A DNA stretch of 64,000 bases from contig OZ024740.1 of NCBI GenBank assembly GCA_964016885.1, positions 234,608,001 through 234,672,000 on the forward strand, in the 5' to 3' direction. Positions 48,532 through 62,006 of the stretch are shown here, piece after piece. Source of the stretch: Eledone cirrhosa (Eukaryota). Position 1 is the first letter of the stretch. Each line of letters opens with the position of its first letter. Both the position numbers and the translations under genes were made by a program. The notes beneath the pieces are model-generated. The model ran no database searches. It had not been told where the DNA came from and saw only the letters and a list, made by a program, of their open reading frames with translations.

Positions 48532-49018
48532 TTTCTAGGGCGTGTAAAATTCCCGAGATCCATGGACGAGTTCTTTTCAACCTTCTCTGTCCCTCATTAT
48601 CGCTGCCATGTCCTGCGTCTCCAACAGACCAGTGTCTGTCCTTAGGGCATCAACATACGTTAACCTTGGTCTTCCTCTTCCAGTGTGTCCATGTAGGGGC
48701 TCCCAAAGGAGCACTGAGTGCAATGTCAACTCTGGATGTCGGTGAGCATGTCCAGCCAACCTCAATCTCCTCTGTGTCACTTTTGAGCTGACTTTTGGGA
48801 TGCTCCCATACAGCTCTGAGTTTATCATCTTCAGTGTATACTGATTAATGTTCAGAGCCATCCTCAGCATTCTCGTGTAGCACCCATCCACCATCTGAGT
48901 GAGTCTCTTGGTCAGTGTCCAAGTCTCAGACCCATACAGCAGCACAGACTCCACTACAGCAATGAAGAGGCGGATTTTCAGGTCTTTACGAAGGTCCGAC
49001 TTCCACACCGATCTCAAG
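48532..49018 (-). mobile_element. RTE-group LINE 3' fragment in (TA)n
   Basis: [22 protein letters not shown]...RRLRLAGH..RH...GRGRP. Confidence 0.8.
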
Positions 49019-49037
49019 CATATATATATTATGTGTG

Positions 49038-49100
<63 letters not shown>

Positions 49101-49142
49101 CTATATAATACACATATATATAACATATATATATTATGTGTG

Positions 49143-49191
<49 letters not shown>

Positions 49192-49233
49192 CTATATAAT
49201 ACACATATATATAACATATATATATTATGTGTG

Positions 49234-49294
<61 letters not shown>

Positions 49295-49358
49295 CTATAT
49301 AATACACATATATATAACATATATATATTATGTGTGTATTATATATATATATATATAT

Positions 49359-49559
49359 ATAGGAGTAAGTAAGACCCCGACGGCTGAGCTCAAGCCGTTT
49401 CGACGGCTAATTCTGTACATTCAGTACAGAATTAGCCGTCGAAACGGCTTGAGCTCAGCCGTCGGGGTCTTACTTACTCCTATTACCCACTCTACTACCC
49501 TAAGTATTGAGTACTTTGGTGCGTTATGGTCCACCTGGTTCCTTACCACTTTTCCTTCG

Positions 49560-49560
<1 letters not shown>
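49359..49560 (+). mobile_element. Family A copy with a 60-bp-arm palindrome
   Basis: Arms 49359-49418 and 49424-49483; lies in (TA)n. Confidence 0.75.
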
Positions 49561-49608
<48 letters not shown>

Positions 49609-49706
49609 ATATATAATACACATATATATAACATATATTATGTGTGTACTATATATATATATATATAAGATATATAATACACATATATATAACATATATT
49701 ATGTGT

Positions 49707-49754
<48 letters not shown>

Positions 49755-50292
49755 TGTATATATATGTACATGTATATATATGTATGTGTGTGTGAGAGTG
49801 AGAGAGTGTGTGAGTATGTGTGTTTGAAACTGCATCTGTCTCTACGTAGGCGAATATCATGTGCGCATGCACACATCTGCAAGCATGTGAGTGTATGTGT
49901 GTATGTATCCGTGTGTGTGTGTGTGTGAGTGTGTGTATGTGTGTGTGTGTGTGTGTGTGTGTCTGTCTGCCTCCGTGTGTGTCTGCCTGTGTGTGTGTAC
50001 GTGTATCTGTCTGTTTGTGTGTGTGTGTGCGTATGTGTGTTTGAGTGTCTCTGTGTGTGTGTGTATGTGTGTGTGTGTGTGTGTGTCTGTCTGTTTGTGT
50101 ATGTGTGTGCGTGTGTGTGTATGTGTCTGCCTGTGTGTGTGCGTGTGTGTGTGAGTGTGTGTGTATGTGTGTGTCTGCCTCTGTGTGTGTGTGTGTGTCT
50201 GTCTGTTTGTGTGTGTGTGTGCGTGTGTGTGTGTGCGTGTGTGTGTTTGAGTGTCTCTGTGTGTATGTGTCTGCCTGTGTGTGTATGTGTGC

Positions 50293-50373
<81 letters not shown>

Positions 50374-50491
50374 TGCCTCTGTGTGTGTGTGTGTGTGTCT
50401 GTCTGTTTGTGTGTGTGTGTGCGTGTGTGTGTTTGAGTGTCTCTGTGTGTATGTGTCTGCCTGTGTGTATGATGTCTGCCTGTGTGTGTGT

Positions 50492-50523
<32 letters not shown>

Positions 50524-50529
50524 TATACA

Positions 50530-50802
50530 CAGCGGCGTGCAGAGCCCTGGTGATGCCCGGGGCAAACCTTAATTGTATGCCCCAAGGACTCAAGTATGAG
50601 GCCTAATATACCGAGAAATATTATGAGAAAGAAAAACATTTGAATATATAAACATAAATGAAACATGAAATAAACGTTTTATTCGATTTTAATATAAATC
50701 AATCAGATTTATTAAGTTCTTTTCCCCAAATGATGCCCCCATCCAAAGGATGCCCGGGGCCAACATACTGTCGCCCCACCCCCACCCCTCTGCGTGCTAC
50801 TG
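50530..50802. mobile_element. hAT MITE with a perfect 8-bp TSD
   Basis: GTTATACA|CAGCGGCGTGCAGAG...CTCTGCGTGCTACTG|GTTATACA. Confidence 0.85.
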
Positions 50803-50865
50803 GTTATACATATATATATATATGTTTTTGGTAATAGCCGTAGTTATATGGTACTAGTGTTGATA

Positions 50866-50866
50866 C

Positions 50867-50944
<78 letters not shown>

Positions 50945-50998
50945 CAGCAGCAGCAGCAGCAGCGGCAACAGCTGCAGCAACAGCTGTAGTAGTGGTGA

Positions 50999-51043
<45 letters not shown>

Positions 51044-51069
51044 CGGCGGCGGTGGTGGTGGTGGTGGTC

Positions 51070-51136
<67 letters not shown>

Positions 51137-51196
51137 CAGCAGCAGCAGCAGCAGCAGCAGCGGCAACAGCTGCAGCAACAGCTGTAGTAGTGGTGA

Positions 51197-51262
<66 letters not shown>

Positions 51263-51264
51263 AG

Positions 51265-51310
<46 letters not shown>

Positions 51311-51323
51311 CAGTAGCAGCAGC

Positions 51324-51361
<38 letters not shown>

Positions 51362-51375
51362 CGGCGGCGGCGGTG

Positions 51376-51419
<44 letters not shown>

Positions 51420-51550
51420 TGTAGTAGTAGTAGTAGCAGTAGCAGCAGCAGCAGTAGTAGTAGTAGTAGTAGTAGAGGTAGTAGTAGTAGTAGTAGTAGT
51501 GGTAGTAGGCGGTGGTGACGATGGTGGTGGTGGCGTTGGTGGCGGCGGCT
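50866..51550. repeat. (GTA/GCA/GTG)n compound microsatellite with an internal higher-order duplication
   Basis: Direct inspection. Confidence 0.95.
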
Positions 51551-52198
51551 GGGGTACTATGTCATCAGTCGATATATTCTAACATTTATTCCCAAATCTG
51601 TATGTATGTGTAGTTCAGTGTATGTGTGTGTGTATGTGTGTGTGTATGTGCGTGTATGTGTGTGTATATGTCTATGGATGTGAAAATATGTGTGTGTATA
51701 AGCTTATATGTATAAAACATTACCACATGTAGATTTGTGAATATACCTCTGTGCGTGTGTATGTGTGTATGGGTGTGTGTGTGTGTGTGTGTGTTTAGAT
51801 AAAGCTCAGCAGTGTGTATATGTGTGTGTATGTGAAGGTGCGTGGCTTAGTGGTTACGGTGTTCAGCTCTCTGTAATATGGTCGTACCGCTTTAGGGCGG
51901 CGTGTTGGTCCCTGCGCAAGACACTTTGTTTTATATTGCTCAAATCCCTTCAGCTCGCATAACGGGGGTGGTGTCTATTGTTCAAAGGGCTAGGCTTCTC
52001 AGAATGAGCTAATCTTCTTGAGAATTACGTTAAGAGTACACGTGTCTGTGGAATATGTTAGCCATTTACACATCACGTTAATTTTAAGAGCCAGCTGTTT
52101 CGTTGTTCAAACAAACGGAACATTCTTCGTCGGAACCGACTGAGGTCTAACATATTTGTGTCTCTCTTCTAAATAAACCACCGCTACATATATGCCAT

Positions 52199-52488
52199 GT
52201 GGAGGCACGTGGCCTAGTGGTGTCGGTGTTGGACTTATGATCGCAATGTCGTGGGTTCGATTCCTGGGTTGCGTGTTGTGTTCTTGAGCAAAACACTTCA
52301 TTTCACGTTGCTCCAGTATACTCAGCTGAAAATGAGTACCAGCAATAGCTGGAGGTTTAACTCTGCGATGGACTGACGTCCTGTCCAGGGAGGGGGAGTC
52401 TTGTACTCCCAGTCGCTTCATGCCATGAACCCGAGATAAGCACCGGCCAAATGAGCCTTCTGGCTTAAGATAGACTTTAGACTTTAGA
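52199..52488 (+). mobile_element. Full-length tRNA-derived SINE (second family); older relative at 51835-52110
   Basis: A box TGGCCTAGTGG, B box GGTTCGATTCC, GCGATGGACTGACGTCCTGTCCAGGG and tail (AGACTTT)n. Confidence 0.75.
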
Positions 52489-52575
52489 CATAGATGGCTA
52501 GAAAGGTTTAGTAAAAGAAAATATACTCAGGGACGCGCTTTGCACGAAAACCAGATTGTGAGATCTATGTCGACA

Positions 52576-53873
52576 TAATTGTTTCTACGTTAGGCACAAG
52601 GCCAACAATTACCCAGTGTATTGCTGGTACTTTATTTTATCGACCCCATAAGGATGAAAGGCAAAACTAACTTCGGGTGCATTTGAACTCAGAACATAAA
52701 GGGCCATAACTCTATCCTGCAAAGCATGGTGTATGATGCTCTGCCAATACTGCCAATCCACGGCCCTAAAGAATAGATAATTGTTTCTACTTTTGGCACA
52801 AGGCCAGCAATTACCCAGTGTATTACTGGTACTTTATTTTATCGACCCCCGTAAGGGTGAAAGGCAAAGTTAACCTCGGCGGGATTTGAACTCAGAATGG
52901 CAAGGGCCGTAACTCTATGCGTCAAAGCATGGCGTCCGACCCTCTACCGATACTGCCAATCCACCGCCTCCATCTATGTCGACATAATGGAGGAAGGGAA
53001 TCAATTAATTTTACATTAGAATTATAGGGTCGGACGCCATGCTTTGACGCATAGAGTTACGGTCCTTGCCATTCTCAGTTCAAATGCCGCCGAGGTTTAC
53101 CTTGCCTTTCATCCTTACGGGGGTCGATAAAATAAAGTACCAGTAATGCACTGGGTAATTGCTGGCCTTGTGCCTAAAGTAGAAACAATTATTTGAAAAT
53201 AGAATGTGAGCAATGCAGTAGCAGTGGATCTGATTTTAAAAGTACCGTAACAATTCTAGACAAAAGGTGGACATAAAAGCATCAATATTGCTGTTGGTAT
53301 TTTCAATGGCAGAATCGGACAATGTGCTTTGTGGCATAGAGTTGCGGCACTTTACGCCCTGAGTTCAAATCCAACCGAGGTTAGCTTTTCCTTTCGTCCT
53401 TACGGGGTTGATAAGATAAAGTACCAGTAATGCACTGGGTCAATTTAATCGACTTTCCCTTACCCTTCAAATTGCTGGCCTTGTACAATTAATTAGACCG
53501 ACTGATATATATTGGCAGTAGAACTAACACAGCCCACACTATATGCAAATGAGTATGCCCATAAATGGCTTATTTGCAAAAATTTATATATAAGCTATCA
53601 GCATATTTTGTTTCAGTACTGATTGAATCACTGAAGATGGAGGAAAATCCTGAAATACTAGTGAGTCTTATGCATGTTTATTATGCATAGTGGATTGGCA
53701 GTATCGGTAGAGGGTTGGACGCCATGCTTTCCAGCATAGTTACGTCCCTTTACGATCTGAGTTCAAATCCCGCCGAGGTTAACTTTGCCTTTCATCCTTA
53801 CGGGGTTGATAAAATAAAGTACCAGTAATGGACTGGGTAATTGCTGGCCTTGTGCCTAAAGTAGAAACAATTA
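52576..53873. mobile_element. Cluster of five tRNA-derived SINEs (52576-52765 minus, 52778-52970 minus, 53025-53193 plus, 53305-53490 plus, 53689-53873 plus)
   Basis: Same core and tail as 34838. Further copies at 25890-26030, 56695-56826, 58734-58862 and 60920-61098. Confidence 0.8.
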
Positions 53874-53987
53874 TGCATAAATATATTGTATGTGCTTTAT
53901 TATACACCTCTATTCTGAATGACGCTGTCTCAGAGAGACTGCCATTTTTGATATGTATCTATCGAAGCATAGTCTTTGCGAGTATTG

Positions 53988-54024
<37 letters not shown>

Positions 54025-54211
54025 CACTATATATATATATATATATATATAACTTCATCAGATGCGTATGCAATCATAGGTGTAGTTATTGCAATTATTG
54101 TTCTATGTCGCTGGTCATGTATTACCATCCTGTTGGCATCACAACAAGATGGCAATACATGACCAGCGACATATCTCAATGGTTGCATAACTACACCTAT
54201 GACTGCATAAA

Positions 54212-54260
54212 CATCTGATGAAGTCACAGGCATAACCATGTAACAGAAATATGTATCATG
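54212..54260 (+). ncRNA. Type I hammerhead motif (intact core) following a long imperfect hairpin at 54052-54224
   Basis: CAU-CUGAUGA-A-GUCACAGG..CCAUGUAAC-A-GAAA-UAUGUA-UC/AUG. Confidence 0.7.
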
Positions 54261-54302
54261 CAATAAACTAATTATAGTGAAATGATCCCGTCTTAACTAC
54301 TG

Positions 54303-54351
<49 letters not shown>

Positions 54352-54358
54352 AGGAGAA

Positions 54359-54397
<39 letters not shown>

Positions 54398-54588
54398 TAT
54401 ATTGGTAAAAGGAAAAGAAAATGCCGACAAATTGTTCCCAGTGAAAAATAGTTTAATTAGGAATAAGTAAAAATTAGTAATAAGTATTGGCTAGTATTCA
54501 GTTTTGGTTTTAAGTTTTTACCGGTTGCGCATTTCTAATGCTTTTCAAAAATAATTTTGAGATAGAGCGCCCGTGATGTTTGCTCTAA

Positions 54589-54635
<47 letters not shown>

Positions 54636-54640
<5 letters not shown>

Positions 54641-54838
54641 AACGAGTAAGACCCCGACGGCTGAGCTCAAGCCGTTTCGACGGCTAATTCTGGACTCAGA
54701 ATTAGCCGTCGAAACGGCTTGAGCTCATTGAGCTCAGCCGTCGGGGTCTTACTCCTTCCTATTACCCACTCTACTACCCTAAGTATTGAGTACTTTGGTG
54801 CGTTATGGTCCACCTGGTTCCTTACCACATTTCCTTCG

Positions 54839-54840
<2 letters not shown>
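54636..54840 (+). mobile_element. Family A copy with a ~57-bp-arm palindrome
   Basis: Loop GACT at 54693-54696; the right arm has a 9-bp duplication. Confidence 0.75.
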
Positions 54841-54926
<86 letters not shown>

Positions 54927-54931
<5 letters not shown>

Positions 54932-55034
54932 AACAAGGGGAGAAGAATACTGCATGGTTGCACATGGATTACATATTATAAAATTAGTCCCTCATCAGTG
55001 ATTTGCCAACCATCATTGGTATTTCATCGCATTA
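54927..55034 (-). mobile_element. Second truncated relative of the 22021 repeat (permuted HHR)
   Basis: UAAUGCGAU-GAAAUACCA-AUGAUGGUUGG-CAAAUCA-CUGAUGA-GGGAC. Confidence 0.6.
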
Positions 55035-55218
55035 TATATATATATATAAAGAAGAAATTAAAAGATGGTTAAAAAAGTTCCATATATTTTATTATGTGCA
55101 TTTCGAAAAAAACATCTTTTAATTTCTTCTTTAATATATACTCCAGTTCTACCAACTGTTGAGTGCTACTTAACTGATATATGCATAGTTTTATTGTTCT
55201 ACAATATTACTCACCTCC

Positions 55219-55272
<54 letters not shown>

Positions 55273-55439
55273 AGGTTGTTTAGTAATTTTGTTGATTACT
55301 GGAGATGCTAACAGTATGAACACTCTATTCTAAAGTAAATGATTGGCTTAAGGTCCGTATGGAGGCGATGGACCTGACTCCTCTATAGATCTGATAATCA
55401 GATGTAGTGATTCAGCTCTAATATATATATTTTTTTTTT

Positions 55440-55623
55440 TTTCGTTTCAGCCACTGCCCGACTCTTCCTTCTTTCTATTTCTTCTTTAATTTCTCATTCT
55501 ATTTTCTGATGAAGGACAAGCGTCCGAAACGATACGACTCTTTTCCTACTATAACAAGCGTAAAACTAATATATTTCTTCATTCTACTGTGTCGTTCGAT
55601 TTATTATTTCTGTTTGCCTTTTG

Positions 55624-55625
<2 letters not shown>
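55440..55625 (+). mobile_element. PLE 3' tail with a minimal HHR motif (55506-55535)
   Basis: CUGAUGA-A-GGAC-AAGC-GUCC-GAAA-CG; homologous to 27886-28080. Confidence 0.6.
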
Positions 55626-55679
<54 letters not shown>

Positions 55680-55724
55680 AATATATATATATATATAGGA
55701 ACTTAGATGAAATAGCCCATAGAT

Positions 55725-55771
<47 letters not shown>

Positions 55772-55859
55772 CGTAGGTGTGTGTATGCATTGTTTGTAAA
55801 GCTCTGGCACATAGATATGTGTAGGATTGTGTCTGTGTGCTAATGCAACACAACGCGCA

Positions 55860-56305
55860 CATATGTATGCGGGTATATGTGTGTATACGGGTATGTGTGT
55901 GTATATGCGGGTATATGTGTGTATATACGGGTATATGTGTGTATACGGGTATATATGTGTATATGCGGGTATATGTGTGTATATGCGGGTATATGTGTAT
56001 ATGCGGGTATATGTGTGTATATGCGGGTATATGTGTGTATACGGGTATATGTGTGTATACGGGTATATGTGTGTATATGCGGGTATATGTGTGTATATGC
56101 GGGTATATGTGTGTATATGCGGGTATACGTGTGTGTATGCGGGTATATGTGTGTATATGCGGGTATATGTGTGTATACGGGTATATATGTGTATACGGGT
56201 ATATGTGTGTATATACGGGTATATGTGTGTATACGGGTATGTGTGTGTATATGCGGGTATATGTGTGTATATGCGGGTATATGTGTGTATATGCGGATAT
56301 ACGTG
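55860..56305. repeat. Minisatellite with 18-20-bp units (ATATGCGGGTATATGTGTGT)
   Basis: Direct inspection. Confidence 0.9.
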
Positions 56306-58011
56306 TTTGAAGAATTGTGTGACAAACACAACTCTATAACAATAGGTATGCACATGTGTTTTTAAGCGTGTGTGCGTTTGTGTGTGGAGATGAGGTATGT
56401 AAGTGGGTGTATGGGTGTATGGGTATGAGTGTGTGCGTGTGAGTGTGTGTGTGTGTGTGTGTGCATGTGTGTGTGTGTCACATGACCAAAGATATCTCAG
56501 GACATAAATAAATATTTGATTACTTACATAGATACAAGGCCTCCCAATGTTGAAGTGAAGATAGTATGCTCAGTTGGGTCTACCTCAGTATTTATGGTAA
56601 CGCCTCAAAGTAATCGAATAACAGCCTAAAAATAGCAGCCAAATCATTCTCAAATCTTAGCCTACCATTTTAAGTATGAAAAGGATACATTCGATAATTG
56701 TTTCTACTTTAGGCAAAAGGCCAGCAATCAACCAGTACATTACTGGTACTTTATTTTATCGACCCTGTAAGGATGAAAGGCAAAGTTAACCTCAGCGGGA
56801 TTTGAACTCAGAATGGAAAGGGCCGTCGATAATATGGCCTAAATATATGTATTAAAAAGCGGAGACTGTCACAGGTTTGTTTAATCAGGGTCAATCTGGA
56901 CTGAACAATAAACAGTACTTAATTTAAGAGCTCCAGAAGGATGTGGAAGGCAAAGTTGGTTACTGTGGGATTTGAACTCCTAGCGTAAAGAGTTGTAACT
57001 AATTGCCGTAAAGATTATGTCGAGCGTATTTCTATTCATCTTCTTCGCCCACTTAATCCCGAGAGAGTCGTGGGGGCAGAGTCCTCAAACACTCCCTCTA
57101 GCGGCGGGTCCTGTCACAAGCAATCGTCTCCAACTGATCCGGTTGGATCCCCAAGCGAGACCAGCCAAGCTGATGTATGTTATCCAACCATCTTGCTCAG
57201 GGTCTAACCCCTGGGTCTCCTACTAGTTGGTTTTGCGTGTAAAATCTGTCCAGCGATTCTTTCCTGAGACATTCTAACTAGAAGCTATTCCTATTCAGGC
57301 ATTCGCGTTAATCCTCATGATATAGAGACGAAGCTATAAATTCTGGACCAGGAGTTAGTCGATTAAATCGACTAAAGTATTTAACTGGTACCTTATTTTG
57401 GAATAAAAGGCAACGTGTCAGTTGAACTCAGAAAACAAAAAGACAAAATTCTACTACAGGTTTCATTTAACCCAGAGGTTCTCAAACTTTGCCCCCCCCC
57501 CCCCCTCCCCCATGACCACGTAACACCCTCAGCGCTCCCAACCATATTTCCAGAGAGACCTGCCTACACACAAATTGTAAATAATATATAATAAATAAAA
57601 TATTTAATTTACACATAATAAATCTATAATATTATAAAGCTGAGTGTCGTGTGTATTATGTATGTATGTATGTATGTATCCGACACACCTCTCTATAGTT
57701 TGTTAGCTTTACTCTCTCCGTCGCTCTTCCCTCTCTCTATAATAAATCATTCCCCTCTCTATAATTTAACTGCTTTACTCTCTCTGTGCTCTTGACTCCC
57801 AAATATTATAAAGTTGAGCGTCGTCTCTCTCTCTCTCTCCCTCTTTCACCCTTTCTATAATTATAACTGCTTTGCTCTCTGTCTCTCTTCACTCTCTATA
57901 TGACAACACTCTTTCCGTTTTAATTGTATCTCTCTCTGTCTAACGGCCTATCTTTCCTCTTTTCCCCTCCCTCTGTTTTTCTGTCGTCGCTCGCATAAGT
58001 AACACCACACA

Positions 58012-58095
<84 letters not shown>

Positions 58096-58407
58096 AAAAC
58101 ACACACACACACACACAAATACACATACTTTCTGTCGTCGCTCGCATAAGTAACACACACACACACACACACATACACACACATAATATAACATCAAAAC
58201 AAAACACAGAAACACACGTGCACATACACACATACACATACACATACACAAACACACACACACATATCTATACTTTATATGTATGAATGTATGTATGTAA
58301 GATCATACCCCCTTTCTATAATTTAACTGCTTTACTCTCTCTGTCGCTCTTCACTCTCTATATGACAACACTGTTTTAGTTTCTGTATCTCCCTTCAATA
58401 TATACAC

Positions 58408-58468
<61 letters not shown>

Positions 58469-58533
58469 TTAGGAAAACTACACACACACATCTACAGAGA
58501 GAGACAGAAAAACAGAGGGAGGGGAAAAGAGAG

Positions 58534-58733
58534 NNNNNNNNNNNNNNNNNNNNNNNNNNNNNNNNNNNNNNNNNNNNNNNNNNNNNNNNNNNNNNNNNNN
58601 NNNNNNNNNNNNNNNNNNNNNNNNNNNNNNNNNNNNNNNNNNNNNNNNNNNNNNNNNNNNNNNNNNNNNNNNNNNNNNNNNNNNNNNNNNNNNNNNNNNN
58701 NNNNNNNNNNNNNNNNNNNNNNNNNNNNNNNNN
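58534..58733. other. Assembly gap (200 N)
   Basis: Run of n. Confidence 1.
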
Positions 58734-59330
58734 TATCGACACCGTAAGGATGAAAGGCAAAGTTAACCTCGGCGGGATTTGAACTCAGTCCGTAACCGTA
58801 AAGGCACGTAACTGTGCTGCAAAGCATGGCGTCCGACCCTCTACCCATACTGCCAATCCACCAAGGTCGATTGGTTACTCCATTACGTTTCTTGGTTGGT
58901 GACCAATGAATATACATGTATATTCATTCTGTCATCACTATCACAGAGATCCGACGAGCTTTTGATTCCAGGGTCAGGCTAGATCGATACAGATCGAACC
59001 TTGAGCAAAACTGGTTAACATGGACACCACACACACATATACCTATGTATCTGTGTGTGCATTTCATTACTATTTTGTCCCAAACTCACTTATGGTTGAG
59101 TTAATCAGACGGGTGCTAACTGCTTTTTCTAGCCAATATGGTACTCGCTAAATGTCCTGCCTTCACCTCCATTTTTGACCGCTGTATTACGTCATAATTT
59201 TTCCCTCCCGAAAATATTCACTTGTAACGGTCGGGTCAATAAACAGTCCACTTATTGAGCCTCGTGAAATAAATACGTTTGTTTATATTTTGTTATTGTG
59301 TATGCAAAAATATCTGTAAACGAATATATG

Positions 59331-59420
<90 letters not shown>

Positions 59421-59448
59421 TATATATATATATATATATATATATATG

Positions 59449-59500
<52 letters not shown>

Positions 59501-59522
59501 TATATATATATATATATATATG

Positions 59523-59718
<196 letters not shown>

Positions 59719-59792
59719 TATATATATATGATTATATATATATATATATATATGATTATATATATATATATATATGATTATATATATATATG

Positions 59793-59827
<35 letters not shown>

Positions 59828-60065
59828 TTATTTATTAAAATAACAGATTAAAGTTTAAGCAAAGAATCGCTGCTTTCACTCTTAACGGGATCTTCTGAAA
59901 CTCTGAGTTTCAGAAGATCCCGTTAAGGGTGAAAGCAGCGATTCTTTGCTTAAACTTTAATCTCTTATTTTAATAAATATTTGCTCTACGGTTCTTATAT
60001 ATTTAATATATGTTTATCCTTATTGAGCCCTCTTTGGATTTTAGTCTTCAAATTTATTTTTATTA

Positions 60066-60137
<72 letters not shown>

Positions 60138-60588
60138 CAGTACAGAGAAGTACGGAATACCTCGGCCTCGGGATGGTGTCTACATTTCATGCTTATAAAA
60201 AAATTCGTCGTACATTACCAGGGTTTTTTTTCCGTGCGAAGAAAATCAATACTTTATCGCGAAATAAATACTTTTGTTATTGTGTATGCACAAATATCTG
60301 TACACGAATATATAATTATATATATATATTAAAATAACAGATTAAAGTTTAAGCAAAGAATCGCTGCTTTCACCCTTAACGTGATCTTCTGAAACTAAAA
60401 TAAAAGAAATCAATCTGTGAACGCAGATGTAAATATTTCGAAAAACGTTGCAACGAAGGAAAACAGGAAGACGATACTTTGGTTCGTGAAGATGTTCCCT
60501 GGCATAAGAATATATATATCCAGCGAACCTTCAACCGTCAACGTTGTTTTTCTAAGGGTATGTCAACATTTATAAAACAAATTTTGTA

Positions 60589-60647
60589 TTTTATCAGATG
60601 AAAATGCACCAACTGCCTTGGTTGCCCTTGAAATATATATAATAAAA
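60589..60647 (+). ncRNA. Hammerhead motif of a 23764-family relative (U4>A)
   Basis: UUUUAU-CAGAUGA-helix II-GAAA-UAUAUA-UA/AUAAAA. Confidence 0.6.
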
Positions 60648-60779
60648 TAATTATGGTTTTATAAATATAGTTTCCATTTATTAATATATTGAATATTTAC
60701 TCCAGTAAACTGTTGAGTGCTTTATATCAGTTATGAAACTTTCAAGCTTGTTGAATCCCAACAAATTAAATATAACTTC

Positions 60780-60832
<53 letters not shown>

Positions 60833-61276
60833 TATATAGATACATATATACACACACACACTGATCGCGTCATAATCACGTAATGCAGACAGTCAGGCAT
60901 ACAGACAGATATTATAAGGGCGGCAGTATTGGTAGAGGGTCGGACGCTATGCTTTGACGTATAGAGCTACAGCCCTTGCCGTTCTGAGTTCAAATGCCAC
61001 CAAGGTTAACTTTGCCTTTCATCCTTACGGGGTCGATAAAATAAAGTACCAGTAATGCACTGGATAATTGCTGGCCTTCTGCCTAACGTAGAAACAAGTA
61101 TAAGGGCGCGACGTTATATCTATGTATCTATCTAAAAAGAGAAAGACTAAGAATTATAGACAGAGATCGCTAAATCGCCTAATGCAGTGCCTAGGGCATT
61201 GAATATTTGAAAAACTTTTTGCTCTAAACACGCACGGGACCATAAGTATTACATGTGTAAAGACATTCTGTTTTAG

Positions 61277-61337
<61 letters not shown>

Positions 61338-61462
61338 GGAGGTGAGTTTTATTGTAGTACAATAAAGCAATGCAGATATCGGATAAGAAGCACTCTACAG
61401 TTTGTAGGACTGGAGTATACATAATATATAAGATCAAAAGATGGTTAAAAGAGTTCCATGTA

Positions 61463-61529
61463 TTTTATTATGCGCATTTCAAAAACAAATATCATCATGC
61501 AATAACATTTGTGTTTTCATCAGATAAAA
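61463..61529 (-). ncRNA. Type I hammerhead motif (intact core), 23764 family
   Basis: UUUUAU-CUGAUGA-helix II-GAAA-UGCGCA-UA/AUAAAA, within a PLE tail at 61334-61640. Confidence 0.8.
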
Positions 61530-61683
61530 TATGAGGACATGATATGAAGGTTAAAAACACTTGTGGATAGTTCAGTTTTAAATCAACATATGAGAAGTAG
61601 TTTTAGATTGATGTGTGATATTGGGAAAAATATTTTATTTAGAGGGGGGGGTTGGAAAGGATGAAAAAGAAGAGGAGATGAGA

Positions 61684-61763
<80 letters not shown>

Positions 61764-61846
61764 TATGGTTGCTAGGGTGCGTCCATAGCTGGTATGCCGG
61801 TTGAGCAGTCTGTGCTCCTTCGGAGAATTTGCTTCGATATCACTAG

Positions 61847-61938
61847 ACGTGTCTGAGGAACTTGCGAATCCAGAGTCAGGTTCGACCACAAACAAATCGC
61901 ACTTCGAGCTGTTCGCCGGAGAAACAATTGTAATACGT
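61847..61938 (+). ncRNA. Type I hammerhead motif (intact core) with a long helix II insert
   Basis: ACGUGU-CUGAGGA-..GCGAAU...GUUCGC..-GAAA-CAAUUG-UA/AUACGU. Confidence 0.7.
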
Positions 61939-62006
61939 AATAAATTGTGTTCCGATGCATCACTGATTCTTCGTTTTCCATATCATATATATATATGTAT
62001 ATATAT

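Noticed and set aside
52199-52275. tRNA genes at the SINE heads
   Set aside because: A and B boxes are present, but no complete cloverleaf, and each continues into a SINE body.
55860-56305. Regularly spaced short repeats resembling a CRISPR array
   Set aside because: Tandem units without unique spacers, eukaryotic context, and no cas genes.
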